The notes under the pieces: generated by a model
What the model was told of the DNA's origin: nothing
Seen by the model: the letters and a program-made list of their open reading frames with translations, nothing else
The model's database searches: none
In this document: positions 43,631 to 53,167 of the stretch, piece after piece
Position numbering within the stretch: position 1 is the stretch's first letter
How the letters are laid out: every line of letters begins with the position of its first letter
IMG/VR virus record: IMGVR_UViG_3300032136_000005
Span: 1-61,608 of that record
Strand: one strand, 5' to 3'
DNA from: a virus
Lineage: Duplodnaviria; Caudoviricetes
DNA length: 61,608 nt
Position numbers and translations under genes: made by a program

Positions 43631-46600
43631 TCCCCTAGTTTATTCAGCATGTCCAGCCGCCGCTCGCTCTGGGAGAGCAGCCAAGATGCCTGGAAGTCGT
43701 CCCTTCCCATGTCGTTCTCGGTCTCCCATTCGACGAACATGGTTACGCCTTCCAGCTGCTCGGGCTTGAATGGAAGTTCTGGTAGCGTGATCTTCGTCGG
43801 CTTGGTAACAGTTTCCGGTTCGGTAACGGTTTCCGGTTTGGCCGCTGCTTCTGGCTGGTCAGTGATGTCGAGTAGGCTCGTTTGCCCTGCCGCCGCGGCC
43901 TCGTCTGCCGGCCTGTTGCTGCCAGTAAGGGTGAACCCGCCCAGGTTGGCGTCCGCTTCGGCTTTCTGCGCCTCCTGGCGCTGGGCGTCTGCCCTGGCCT
44001 CCTCCTCCTGCTGTAGGCGCTCCAGGTCTTCGATGGTCTGTGGCTGCAGTTCAAGTGCCGGCGCGGCTTGATCTACATCAAGTTCATCCGTGATTGCGAT
44101 GGGGCGAGGACCTGCAGCCCGATCTATCTCCTCCTGTTCCAGTGCCGGAATTCCACCAGCATCATCAATTGGCGGAATGGGGCGCGGGGATGTGGCGGTG
44201 TCGGCTTCCGTTTGCGGCTCGCCCGGAAACTCGCCCTCTCTTTCCGCCTTTCTGGCGGCAACCTGTTCGTCGGTCTCTCCCTTGATCCCGCTGGTTGTCG
44301 GCTCGTAATCGTCTCGCAAGAAAGGAGGAATCCCTTTCTTTGCCTGGCCTGATTCGTGCTTGATGTACTTGGCCAGCTCGGCGGGCGCCTCGTCGGTTTG
44401 GGCGCCCTGCTCAAGCAGGTAATCAATGCGCTTCTGCGACACGCCAAGGCGCTGCGCTTCGGAGATAGCATCGTCCAGCAACTTGATGCCAGGATCCTGT
44501 TCGGCGCCAGGAAGTTGCGGCGCCTCGGCGCGCTTGCCGCCGAATCCCTCTTTGCGGGTCTCTCGCTGCTGATCGCGCTCAGCCTTGGCGGCCTCCATGC
44601 TTGGGGGTTCGGTGCGCTCGCCCTCGATGTTGTCCAGCAGGCCGCGGATGATGCGCTCCTGGGGCTTGCCCAGCTTCTCGCCGGCCAGGGCCTTCTCGAC
44701 GGCGGTGCGGACCTCCTTGACGGTCGGCTTCTTGCCCACCTCGATGTCCCACCGCTTGAACCAGTCGGGGTTGATCGACGGGGTGCGGGTGATTTCCTGG
44801 TTGCCGTAGTCGTAGATGACATCACCAGTATCACTGGTTGGCTTGGCGCCATCCTTAGGGACTATGGCGATGCCGCCGCCCTCGGTCAGCTCGCTGACCA
44901 TCTGCTTCAAGGCGCCGCGGTAGGTCTCGCGCTTCATGCGCGGATCCTCGGCCACCGGGCCGGGCGGGGTCTCGTCGATCGTCACGCCCTGGGCCGGGGT
45001 CATCTGTACCGCCGGAGCGGCAGGCTCCGGGGCTGGGCGGCGCTTTTTCTCGTCGATGAGGCGCTGGCGCTTTTGCTCGGCTGTCTCGGTTTTTGTCTCA
45101 GTTTCCGGCGCCGGTACCGGCGCGAGCTCTTCCAGGATGCCCCGCTTCTGTTCAGGCTTTTCCTGGGCAGCGGCCTCGGCTTCCTGCTGGCGGATGCTCT
45201 TGGTGGCTGGGCGATCGAGTCCGGTTTTCGGGGTTTCGTCTGTTTTTCCGGGTTCTGCTTGTTTTTCGGGCTTTTGCTCGGTTGCGTTGCCGGTGAGCTC
45301 CAGAACGCGCTTGTCGATTTCCTCGATCCGCTTGGCCGCGGCGGCCTGCTGGCCCTTGGTCTTGATGCCGGCCAGGTCGCTCCGCTCCTTCCTCAAAGCC
45401 TTGAGCTCGCTGTCGGCCTCCTGGGTAGCCGTGGCCTGCATATCCGCCTGGGCTTGCTGAGCAGCTTCCTGGTCGCCGATTCCCCGGTAGTCAGCGGCGG
45501 GGGACGCCGGCGCCTGCCCGCCGGCGGCTACCGCGCGGGTCAGTGGGCCAGCATTCGGCAGCAAGCCAGCCTCCATCGGGCTGATAGGCATCGGGGTTCC
45601 GACCGCTTGCTTGACCGCCTGGGCCTTCTCCTCCTCTGGCGCGTCCGGCTCTACGCCCAGATTGCGATAATACTCATCCTCGTTGGCGACGATTGCCTCG
45701 CCCTTCGCCAGTTGGGCGGTGGCGCTCTCCATCCACAGCTTGCCCAACTCGGGATCCTGCTGGCCTACCGCCTGGCCAACGGCTTCGACCGCGGCCTGGC
45801 GCTGGGCTGGGTCTGCCTCGGGGTTTGCCAGTACCTTGTTCAGTGCCCGTCGCTGCATGGCGCCAACCGGTTCAGCGGCGCCGAATGTCATGGCGGACAG
45901 GATAATGGTCGGCAGGATGACGCCCTTTGTGCTCTCCCAGCTCGCGCCCTCGCCGACGCCATAGGCTTGCTCGACCTCCTGCTGTCCTGCGCCCTGGGCC
46001 AATTCAGTCCCGGTCTCTGCGGCGACGATCTTGGCAAAGTCCTTGGCCAGCTCCCCGGGCCCGCGGAGCCCTTTGGTGGCAGACCGGACCAGATCCGACT
46101 TGATTTTGCGAGGCAGCAGACGGAAAAGGCCGAAGGTCACGCGGTCAGCGATCGCCTCGCCACCGGCCTCGATGCCGCCGGTCAGTACGCCGGCCTTCCA
46201 AGCCTCATCGTGCGCAAACTCGTCTGCAGCCTGGCCGGTAAGCCCCGCCTGGGCAGCTTTTTTCAGCTGCTCGGGCTTGACACGCTCGTAGGTGTCTTGG
46301 GCTTGTGATCCAAAGTACAACGGCAGAGAGGCGAGAAAACCGCCAGCGGCGCCAATGGCCGCACCAGGCGGCCCGCCAAGCGCGAAGCCGATACCGGCGC
46401 CAGCCAGGGGAGCGCCCATCGAAGGCGCAAGCATTTCGCCACCCTCGCCAGCCTTGCCGCGCAGACTGAACGCACTATCCTCGCTCTTGACGTCGGCCAG
46501 GGCCGACTGCTGCAGGCTGGGGTTATCCTTCAGGCGTTGCTCGGCGCTTTTGACCATCGAACGGCCATAGTCGCTGACCGCAGTATCCCCGCCCTCCGGG

Positions 46601-46902
46601 TCGAACCACTCCAGGGCCTTTCCTGCCATTTCCGGAACCGTGACGGCAGCACCGCGCGCAATACCCTTGCCCAGCTCTTTGACGCCCCCGACAAAGCCCG
46701 GTTCACCGACGGGCTGATTGGTGCCCTCGGTTCGCATCTGCGCCTGGGCCATCTGCACCTTTTCACTGTCGACGGCAAGATTGTCCTCTGGCGCCCCCAT
46801 GCCGGCAGGCCGCCTATACTTGGCGAAGGGATTTCCCTCGCTCACCTCCTGGGGCTTATTGGGCTCTGTCTTGTACTTGGCGAATGGGTTTGTAAGTGCC
46901 AT
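43615..46902 (-). CDS. Internal virion/ejection protein
   Basis: NPFAKY repeats, Gly/Ala-rich hydrophobic segments, E.GTE..Q motifs; precedes giant protein. Confidence 0.7.
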   Translation of the reverse strand: MALTNPFAKYKTEPNKPQEVSEGNPFAKYRRPAGMGAPEDNLAVDSEKVQMAQAQMRTEGTNQPVGEPGFVGGVKELGKGIARGAAVTVPEMAGKALEWFDPEGGDTAVSDYGRSMVKSAEQRLKDNPSLQQSALADVKSEDSAFSLRGKAGEGGEMLAPSMGAPLAGAGIGFALGGPPGAAIGAAGGFLASLPLYFGSQAQDTYERVKPEQLKKAAQAGLTGQAADEFAHDEAWKAGVLTGGIEAGGEAIADRVTFGLFRLLPRKIKSDLVRSATKGLRGPGELAKDFAKIVAAETGTELAQGAGQQEVEQAYGVGEGASWESTKGVILPTIILSAMTFGAAEPVGAMQRRALNKVLANPEADPAQRQAAVEAVGQAVGQQDPELGKLWMESATAQLAKGEAIVANEDEYYRNLGVEPDAPEEEKAQAVKQAVGTPMPISPMEAGLLPNAGPLTRAVAAGGQAPASPAADYRGIGDQEAAQQAQADMQATATQEADSELKALRKERSDLAGIKTKGQQAAAAKRIEEIDKRVLELTGNATEQKPEKQAEPGKTDETPKTGLDRPATKSIRQQEAEAAAQEKPEQKRGILEELAPVPAPETETKTETAEQKRQRLIDEKKRRPAPEPAAPAVQMTPAQGVTIDETPPGPVAEDPRMKRETYRGALKQMVSELTEGGGIAIVPKDGAKPTSDTGDVIYDYGNQEITRTPSINPDWFKRWDIEVGKKPTVKEVRTAVEKALAGEKLGKPQERIIRGLLDNIEGERTEPPSMEAAKAERDQQRETRKEGFGGKRAEAPQLPGAEQDPGIKLLDDAISEAQRLGVSQKRIDYLLEQGAQTDEAPAELAKYIKHESGQAKKGIPPFLRDDYEPTTSGIKGETDEQVAARKAEREGEFPGEPQTEADTATSPRPIPPIDDAGGIPALEQEEIDRAAGPRPIAITDELDVDQAAPALELQPQTIEDLERLQQEEEARADAQRQEAQKAEADANLGGFTLTGSNRPADEAAAAGQTSLLDITDQPEAAAKPETVTEPETVTKPTKITLPELPFKPEQLEGVTMFVEWETENDMGRDDFQASWLLSQSERRLDMLNKLGECLVK

Positions 46903-48041
46903 CAGGCGCCCTCTGGCAGGTCAAACAATTCCGTAAACTGCTCCTTGATGCGAGCCTGCTCCTCGGGGGATCCTGCTTTCTTCAGGCTCTCCTTGAGTGC
47001 AGCAATTGCCTCTGGGGTTGGGGAGCGGCTTGCGCCGACATCAATCGCCCCGCCCTGCATTGCCATCGGGTCTACCTGTTGCCCGGTGTTGGGGTCCATC
47101 AGAATGTCCCGGGTGGGTTGCTTGCCTGTAATCGGATCCACGTCGCCATAGGGAATAGACACGCGCTGGAAATCTGGCTTGGTCAGTTTGGCGTAATCCA
47201 GGGCTCGGTCGGCCATAGCGCCTTGCTGGTCAGCCATGACCTTGCCGGCAGAGACATCGTTCTGCTCTACTTCTGATAGGCGCTTGCGCGCATAGTTGCG
47301 GTTCGCCGACTGCTGCAGAAAGCCGCCAAGCCCCTGATCCAGACTGACATCACCGAACGCCCTGCCCTCAAGGCGCTTGCGCCGCGCGTCGTCATTCATG
47401 CCGCGGTAGATCGAGGCGGCACGCCCAAAAGCAGCTACGTTCTGGTCGATCTGCGCCTGATTCTCCAGGGTGCGGCCAAACGGACCTTTGCCTGGGTTCA
47501 GTAGACGCATGAAGCCGCCACTGCCTTCACCCTGGGGCATGGCCCGCGCGCCCTCCTTTGAGTCGGAGTAGATCACCTGGCCGGAGCCAGCCGGCGGCGT
47601 TGGGTTGGCATACAGGGTGCCGCTCATGCCGTAAGGACTCCCTACGGTCAACACATCTTCTGGGAGGTTTTCGCCGACACGCGGCGCCTGGCTCTGCGGC
47701 TGCGCGGTCTCCTCGGCAATGCCGTCGTTCGCGCCGGCGCCAGGCTTGGTCAGCGGGGCATTGATGCCTGGCACCTGTGGGACGCTTGGGCCGCCTTGCA
47801 CATCCATGACGTTTGCTGCCGTGTTGCCAATGCCGAGAAGTGTAGCCCCAACGCCCAATGGTGAAGTTTTGGCCCCCTCCAAAAGGGCTGGACCGATCTT
47901 TTTCGCCTCGTCCATCATGCCGCCAGCACTTGCGCTGCTGTACATGTCAGGCCGAGAGTTGGCCGCGGCGGGGTAGTCGGGCCGGGGCTTGCCGGCCCAA
48001 GGAGACACCCATTCGTCTTTCTTCGGTTTATCAAGGGCCAT
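46902..48041 (-). CDS. Putative ejection protein
   Basis: Low-complexity 379 aa, translationally coupled. Confidence 0.6.
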   Translation of the reverse strand: MALDKPKKDEWVSPWAGKPRPDYPAAANSRPDMYSSASAGGMMDEAKKIGPALLEGAKTSPLGVGATLLGIGNTAANVMDVQGGPSVPQVPGINAPLTKPGAGANDGIAEETAQPQSQAPRVGENLPEDVLTVGSPYGMSGTLYANPTPPAGSGQVIYSDSKEGARAMPQGEGSGGFMRLLNPGKGPFGRTLENQAQIDQNVAAFGRAASIYRGMNDDARRKRLEGRAFGDVSLDQGLGGFLQQSANRNYARKRLSEVEQNDVSAGKVMADQQGAMADRALDYAKLTKPDFQRVSIPYGDVDPITGKQPTRDILMDPNTGQQVDPMAMQGGAIDVGASRSPTPEAIAALKESLKKAGSPEEQARIKEQFTELFDLPEGA

Positions 48042-48043
48042 CG

Positions 48044-49969
48044 TTATGCTCCGTTCAGGGTCTCGTTGACCAGGTTGACCATAGTATTCTGGGCAGACAT
48101 CGCGCTGCTCGCCATTGCTCCATAAGCCTCCGCGGCAGACATGCCGGTATTGGCCACTAGGTTGATGCGCTGCTGTAGCAGATTGGCCTGAGCCAGCAGG
48201 GTTTGGACGTCGGCCCGCGTCTGCTCTGTTCTGCCGGCGAGATCGAGGCGCGCGCCGTCATAGACGCTGCGCTGCTGCTCGAGCTGAGCATTGATTCTGG
48301 TCTTGTACAGCTCCAGACGGGTGCGGTAGGCGCTGGCGCTGCCGTCGAACCGCTTTCCTTCGCCGTCAAGCTCCGCCTCCCAGGCACTCAGGTCGGACTT
48401 GAATATGTCGATCAGCCCCCGGTTGTACTGCACTCCGGCGTCGGTGATTGCCGATTCCGCCTGCACCTTTACCTTGGCCGCGTCTACCTGCTGTCCGTAG
48501 GCCCTGACCTGCTCGCTGTATGCCTTCACCAGGGCCTCGTCGCCGGAGATCGCGGCGCGGTAGGCGTTGAATTCTGCCTCCTTGCTGCGCACCAGCTGGG
48601 CGTAGGCCTGCACCTGCTCGCCGTAAATGTCGACCTTCAGGCGCTCAACGCCCACCTGCTCCGAGATCCCCTTGAGCTGAGCCAGGTACAGGTTGATCTT
48701 CGCGTTTTCGGCATCGATCTTCTTGGCCCAGACCTCGACGTCTGCGAGCTCTGCGTCCTTGCGCGTCTTGGCGACGTCTGCCTCGATCTTGAATATCTCC
48801 AGATCGACCAGGCTGGATTTCAGCTGCGTCTCGAATATCTGGGTCAGGGTGCGCAAGTGCTCTTGGTCATTGCGCGATTTCTCCAGCAGTAGGCGATACA
48901 CCTCGACCAGGTACCCGCCGATCGTGCGGGAATCCTCAAGGGCTTGGCCATTGATGTTCAGCAGGACGCCTGAGTAGCTGATGACCTGGTTGCGCATAGC
49001 GTCGCGCATGGTGCTGGATATCTGCATGACGAACTGGATGTGCTGGTGCTCAAGTCTGGCACGCTCGATGGCGACCTCGCGGGCCACATCGGCAACACTC
49101 CTGGCCACTTGGCGTTGATTGGCCGCAAGCTGGGAATTCAGGGCGATCGGGGGCAAGGCGTAGCCGCGACGGGACCATCGCTCGATCGTCTCGTTATCAA
49201 GGTTTCCGCGCTCGCGCTCTGCCCGGGATACCCCGCGGTCGAATATCTGCTGTTCAACGGTATCTGGCATGGCAGTGCCGCCGGCGTAACTGGCGGCTAG
49301 GCGCTCCTCGAGCTGCGCCATGGCGTTGTGGTATTCGGGAGCGTAGCGGTCAATCCAGGCGTCGGCGTAGGTTTCCACCCAATCGCGGAACTGCGGGGTC
49401 ATTTCTTCCAGGCGAGCCTTATACGCGGCAACCACGTCCGGGGCCTCTCCCGGGCTGGAAACGTCAAATCCGGGGTCAAAGGTGGGAAATCCGTCGACTG
49501 ATGGAGTTGGTCGCAGATCCAGGGGGCTCGTCTCTGGGGCCTCGTACTGCTGCAGCTCTGGAGCATCTGGCAGGGTGATGTTGGTATCTACAACCGGGGC
49601 CGGCTCCGTAAATGCACCGATATTGAATTGCGGGCGGTCGATGTCAAACAGGCCGCCAGTATCCAGATCAGGCGGCGGATCCGGGAATACCGGCAACTCT
49701 GGAATATGCAGGCCGACCAAATCTCCAGATGGAGACGTAGGGCGCCCACCAGGCAGATTGAAGCCATCCTCAAATGCACCGGGATCTCCCGGGTCATCAA
49801 ACTCGATGGGGTCAGGAGCATCGAAGTTGAGCGAACGCGGCGTCAGATAGACCGTCGACCCTGCTGCACTCTGGGCGCCAGAGATCGCGCCCTCGGCATT
49901 CGCATAGGATTCTGTTGCGAAGGTGCGCGCGTCATTGATGATATCGGTGACTGTCTGTTCTGCGGACAC
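48044..49969 (-). CDS. Virion structural protein (Pro-rich N-terminus, long helical C-terminus)
   Basis: WSRRGY.LPP..L motif; Bcep22-like synteny. Confidence 0.65.
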   Translation of the reverse strand: MSAEQTVTDIINDARTFATESYANAEGAISGAQSAAGSTVYLTPRSLNFDAPDPIEFDDPGDPGAFEDGFNLPGGRPTSPSGDLVGLHIPELPVFPDPPPDLDTGGLFDIDRPQFNIGAFTEPAPVVDTNITLPDAPELQQYEAPETSPLDLRPTPSVDGFPTFDPGFDVSSPGEAPDVVAAYKARLEEMTPQFRDWVETYADAWIDRYAPEYHNAMAQLEERLAASYAGGTAMPDTVEQQIFDRGVSRAERERGNLDNETIERWSRRGYALPPIALNSQLAANQRQVARSVADVAREVAIERARLEHQHIQFVMQISSTMRDAMRNQVISYSGVLLNINGQALEDSRTIGGYLVEVYRLLLEKSRNDQEHLRTLTQIFETQLKSSLVDLEIFKIEADVAKTRKDAELADVEVWAKKIDAENAKINLYLAQLKGISEQVGVERLKVDIYGEQVQAYAQLVRSKEAEFNAYRAAISGDEALVKAYSEQVRAYGQQVDAAKVKVQAESAITDAGVQYNRGLIDIFKSDLSAWEAELDGEGKRFDGSASAYRTRLELYKTRINAQLEQQRSVYDGARLDLAGRTEQTRADVQTLLAQANLLQQRINLVANTGMSAAEAYGAMASSAMSAQNTMVNLVNETLNGA

Positions 49970-52188
49970 TAGATTTTCCTCCCGGTTATCTGAATCAGCG
50001 CATCGACCTGCTCAATCTCAAAGTCGGCGCCGGCCACATTTTCGACAGCCACCGCGAAGTGGTGCCCTTTAAGGCCTCGTGGCAATTTTGCCCGCCACTT
50101 GTCTACGCCCGGGCTCCCCTCTACCCTCGAAGACCGCTCTGTGTCGTCATCGTAAGCGATTCCGGCCCGCATTTGCCCTGCCAGCTCTCCCTGTAGATAC
50201 ACGCGCGGGACGCGCTTCTCTCCGGTTTCGCCATAGTCAGATGGCGGCAAGGCAAACCTAGCCGCAATCGGCGCTGGGACATCCTCCTCGCGGTCATACT
50301 CGAACAGGCCATCGGGCGAGGCCAGGAATTGCTTACCCTGCCAGCGCAACGCAAAGGAGAAGTCGTAGTCCGGGTAGCGGGTGACGGCGCCGGTAGACTT
50401 GTTCATCACATAGGCGATATTGGTCGTAGCCTCGACCACGCTCATGTACATGCGCCCAACCAGGGCGGGTAGCTCGCCCTCGAGGACCACAAACGCCGCC
50501 TCCAGCGGAGCGAGCTCGCCATCGAGGAACGCGCGGCCAGGGGTCTCTGCATCCATGCTGCCCAACAGCGGCGGCAGGTAGCCGCGGATCCCCATGGTAA
50601 GAGGCACGCTCCCGGTGCCGGTGCCGATCAGCGCACCCAGCTCACCATTGATTGAGGCGCCGCCGTACATGATGCCATCCAGGGCGCCAAGCTGGCCGGA
50701 CAGGGATCCAACCACGCTGACGACACCTGACATCGAGCCTTCCAGCGGGGCGAGCACGCCACTTATCCGCATGGTGGTCTCGTTGTACAGAGTCATCGAG
50801 CCTTCCAGCGGGGCTAGGTCGCCGAATAGGGAAAAGCCTCCATTCATGCTGCCGGTCAGCGCACCCAGGGTTCCACTGAGAGTGGGCACAATATCGAACG
50901 ATGCCGAGAAACTGATTACATCGAGGGCCGCCAACTCGCCGTCGATGGACAGCTCGCACACTTGGCCCGGATACATGGCAAAAGCGGGAAGTGAAATATT
51001 GACGTCCAATGGCTCTGTATCTCCTCCTAATGCGGTAAATGGTGGCAGATCAATAAATTGCGTTTCTGACCACCTGCCTCGGATTATGAAGGCGTAGGGG
51101 TACCCAAATTCGAACCTGGTCATTCCCAGGACAGTGAAGCCATGAGTTGGCTCGTAGGTGATTGTCGAAAATTCAGAGCTTGGCGTTGTCAGGTCCGGGA
51201 AAGGCTCTTCTGCATCTCCCAGCCTTATATCGTTGCCTACAATTCGGCCAGGCTTCCATCTATCGTTTAATCCGGTTCGACTGTAAAACAGCTGAATATC
51301 CTTGGTGACCGGGTGCTCGCCAACGCACAAAGTCCCAACGTCGTCAGCTACCGAGTAGTCCAGAATTTTCGGCGTCATCGGCTGCGTGATCGCGCCGGCG
51401 CCATCCATCACCAGCATGGTGAGCTCAAGCCGCTCGTCATCGACGTGATACAGCAGCACATGCTTTCCGCTGGCTTCGTGATAATGAATAGACTTCAGGG
51501 CTCCGCGCGTCGTCGTTGAGATCAATGCGGGGGCAGTTTGATTGACAACGTCATTGCTGACGTTCAGTTGGCAGGTTGCGCAGTAGATTCCCGATACAGC
51601 ACTGATTGTTGCTTCCCAGACAATCAAGTATCTGTCGTTCGCTATGTCATACGAGATATCGTGGAAATTTCCAAATGCAAGGAAACTACCCACGCCAAAC
51701 GAATAGGCGACGCTATCCTCGTTCGTCCAGACCGATCCAGAAATACTCCACGCTAGGAGTTTGTTGCTGCTTCTTGACCAACACAATCCACGATTGTTGG
51801 CATAATCGAACGCAGACCTTGGTTGTCCGGTGAAACTGACTGAGGTTTGCTGCTCAATAGTGACAATGGTGCCAGAAATACTGAGTACCCTTACCTCAAG
51901 TCGCGTTCCTTCAGCCCCGAGCACAACGACCTGGTTAGGGGCATAACAAAACATGTCCGTTTTGTAGAATTGCCAGGTAGCATTGTCGATGGCGTAATAT
52001 CCGCCCTGGCTTTTTACCCCATTAGCATCGAGAGTTAGAACAACTACCTGCGGTAGGTCGGATCCGTAATTCTGGTTGGACAGACACAGAACCTTCCCCG
52101 AATCGTTTAAGGCGACCTGGGCAATGCTTTTGGCTGTTGATGCGTCTACCTTGTTGTCATAAGCCCCTGCGCCGATAATCCAGCCCAT
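49969..52188 (-). CDS. Tail-associated protein: variable N-terminal domain, G.L..L.G repeats, conserved-type C-terminus
   Basis: C-terminal AYVMN..TGAVTRY..Y.F, KRV..VY, R.KL.RGL.G. Confidence 0.65.
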   Translation of the reverse strand: MGWIIGAGAYDNKVDASTAKSIAQVALNDSGKVLCLSNQNYGSDLPQVVVLTLDANGVKSQGGYYAIDNATWQFYKTDMFCYAPNQVVVLGAEGTRLEVRVLSISGTIVTIEQQTSVSFTGQPRSAFDYANNRGLCWSRSSNKLLAWSISGSVWTNEDSVAYSFGVGSFLAFGNFHDISYDIANDRYLIVWEATISAVSGIYCATCQLNVSNDVVNQTAPALISTTTRGALKSIHYHEASGKHVLLYHVDDERLELTMLVMDGAGAITQPMTPKILDYSVADDVGTLCVGEHPVTKDIQLFYSRTGLNDRWKPGRIVGNDIRLGDAEEPFPDLTTPSSEFSTITYEPTHGFTVLGMTRFEFGYPYAFIIRGRWSETQFIDLPPFTALGGDTEPLDVNISLPAFAMYPGQVCELSIDGELAALDVISFSASFDIVPTLSGTLGALTGSMNGGFSLFGDLAPLEGSMTLYNETTMRISGVLAPLEGSMSGVVSVVGSLSGQLGALDGIMYGGASINGELGALIGTGTGSVPLTMGIRGYLPPLLGSMDAETPGRAFLDGELAPLEAAFVVLEGELPALVGRMYMSVVEATTNIAYVMNKSTGAVTRYPDYDFSFALRWQGKQFLASPDGLFEYDREEDVPAPIAARFALPPSDYGETGEKRVPRVYLQGELAGQMRAGIAYDDDTERSSRVEGSPGVDKWRAKLPRGLKGHHFAVAVENVAGADFEIEQVDALIQITGRKI

Positions 52189-52200
52189 GTCGGCCTCCTA

Positions 52201-52647
52201 TCAGACCGCAGGTAATGTCACATTGAATGAGTCGACCGGGTTGGGATCTGATGTGACAAGGTTTGGATCAACGAGGTTGATGTCTGCCCCGGTTGTGCTG
52301 ATCGTTCCTTGAAACCGCTTGGCTGTCGTAGATGCTGCCAGCGGGTCATCCCCTGCCTCAACAAAACGAAAGAAAGCCGCGAGGCCATCGGCGACCACCG
52401 TTCCCGTCCATGTCTGGCTTGCCAGCTTTGCCAGGACGCCGGCAGCAGCGGCGGCCGCAAAAGTCAGTCCGCCGGCGCCGCCATTGTCTGAGATCGTAAC
52501 CAGCAATACCTGAGCTCCGTCGATGGCCGCATCTGCATCCGCTGGCTTTGCGCCCGAGTACCAGTACATTTTTCCGCCATCGAGCGCCGCCTTGAACGAG
52601 CCAGTCGATAGGCAATGGTTGCGGAGCCCTGTTGATAGCTCGATCAT
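52201..52647 (-). CDS. Small virion protein (paralog of 52659..53123)
   Basis: STGLR..L....K.AL..G....YSGA.PA.ADAA. Confidence 0.7.
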   Translation of the reverse strand: MIELSTGLRNHCLSTGSFKAALDGGKMYWYSGAKPADADAAIDGAQVLLVTISDNGGAGGLTFAAAAAAGVLAKLASQTWTGTVVADGLAAFFRFVEAGDDPLAASTTAKRFQGTISTTGADINLVDPNLVTSDPNPVDSFNVTLPAV

Positions 52648-52658
52648 TGGTTACTCCC

Positions 52659-53123
52659 TTACTTGGAGATAGGCAGCTGCATCGATGCGTCGTTGACCGT
52701 TACCGGGTCGCTCACGTCGATGTTGATGTTCGGCAGGCGGATATCGCCAGACGTCTTACCCACGCTGTAGTCGACGCGGGCCAGGGTGGTCGAACTGCCG
52801 TCGTTGTCGGCTGGGTTGCCCTTGAAGCGCGCCCAGCCTGCGGTGCCCAGCGCCAGGCCAAGGCCCTGCCAGTTGTCGCCGCTGGGTTTTTGGATCGCGG
52901 CATTGGCTGGCGTGTCCCAATTCAGGCCATTGGTCGGAGACCCGTGGGAGAAGGCTCCTCCGTCCAAGGTGATCCTGGCCAGCAGGGTGCCGGTTGGAGC
53001 CGCGTCCGCAGTAGCCGGCTGAGCGCCGGAGTAAATCTCAAGCACGCCGTTTGCAAGGGCGCCCTTAAATCCGACAGTGCCGAGCATTGCGTCTCGCAGT
53101 CCGGTCGATGCTTTGATGGTCAT
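52659..53123 (-). CDS. Small virion protein (paralog of 52201..52647)
   Basis: Same motif set. Confidence 0.7.
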   Translation of the reverse strand: MTIKASTGLRDAMLGTVGFKGALANGVLEIYSGAQPATADAAPTGTLLARITLDGGAFSHGSPTNGLNWDTPANAAIQKPSGDNWQGLGLALGTAGWARFKGNPADNDGSSTTLARVDYSVGKTSGDIRLPNINIDVSDPVTVNDASMQLPISK

Positions 53124-53167
53124 GTTTTTTATCTCCAGAAGAATGCCGCAATTGCGGCGGTTGCGGG

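Noticed and set aside
44356-46308. 650-aa plus-strand ORF and other long ORFs opposite late genes
   Set aside because: Antisense shadows expected from GC3-rich codon use; no recognisable motifs
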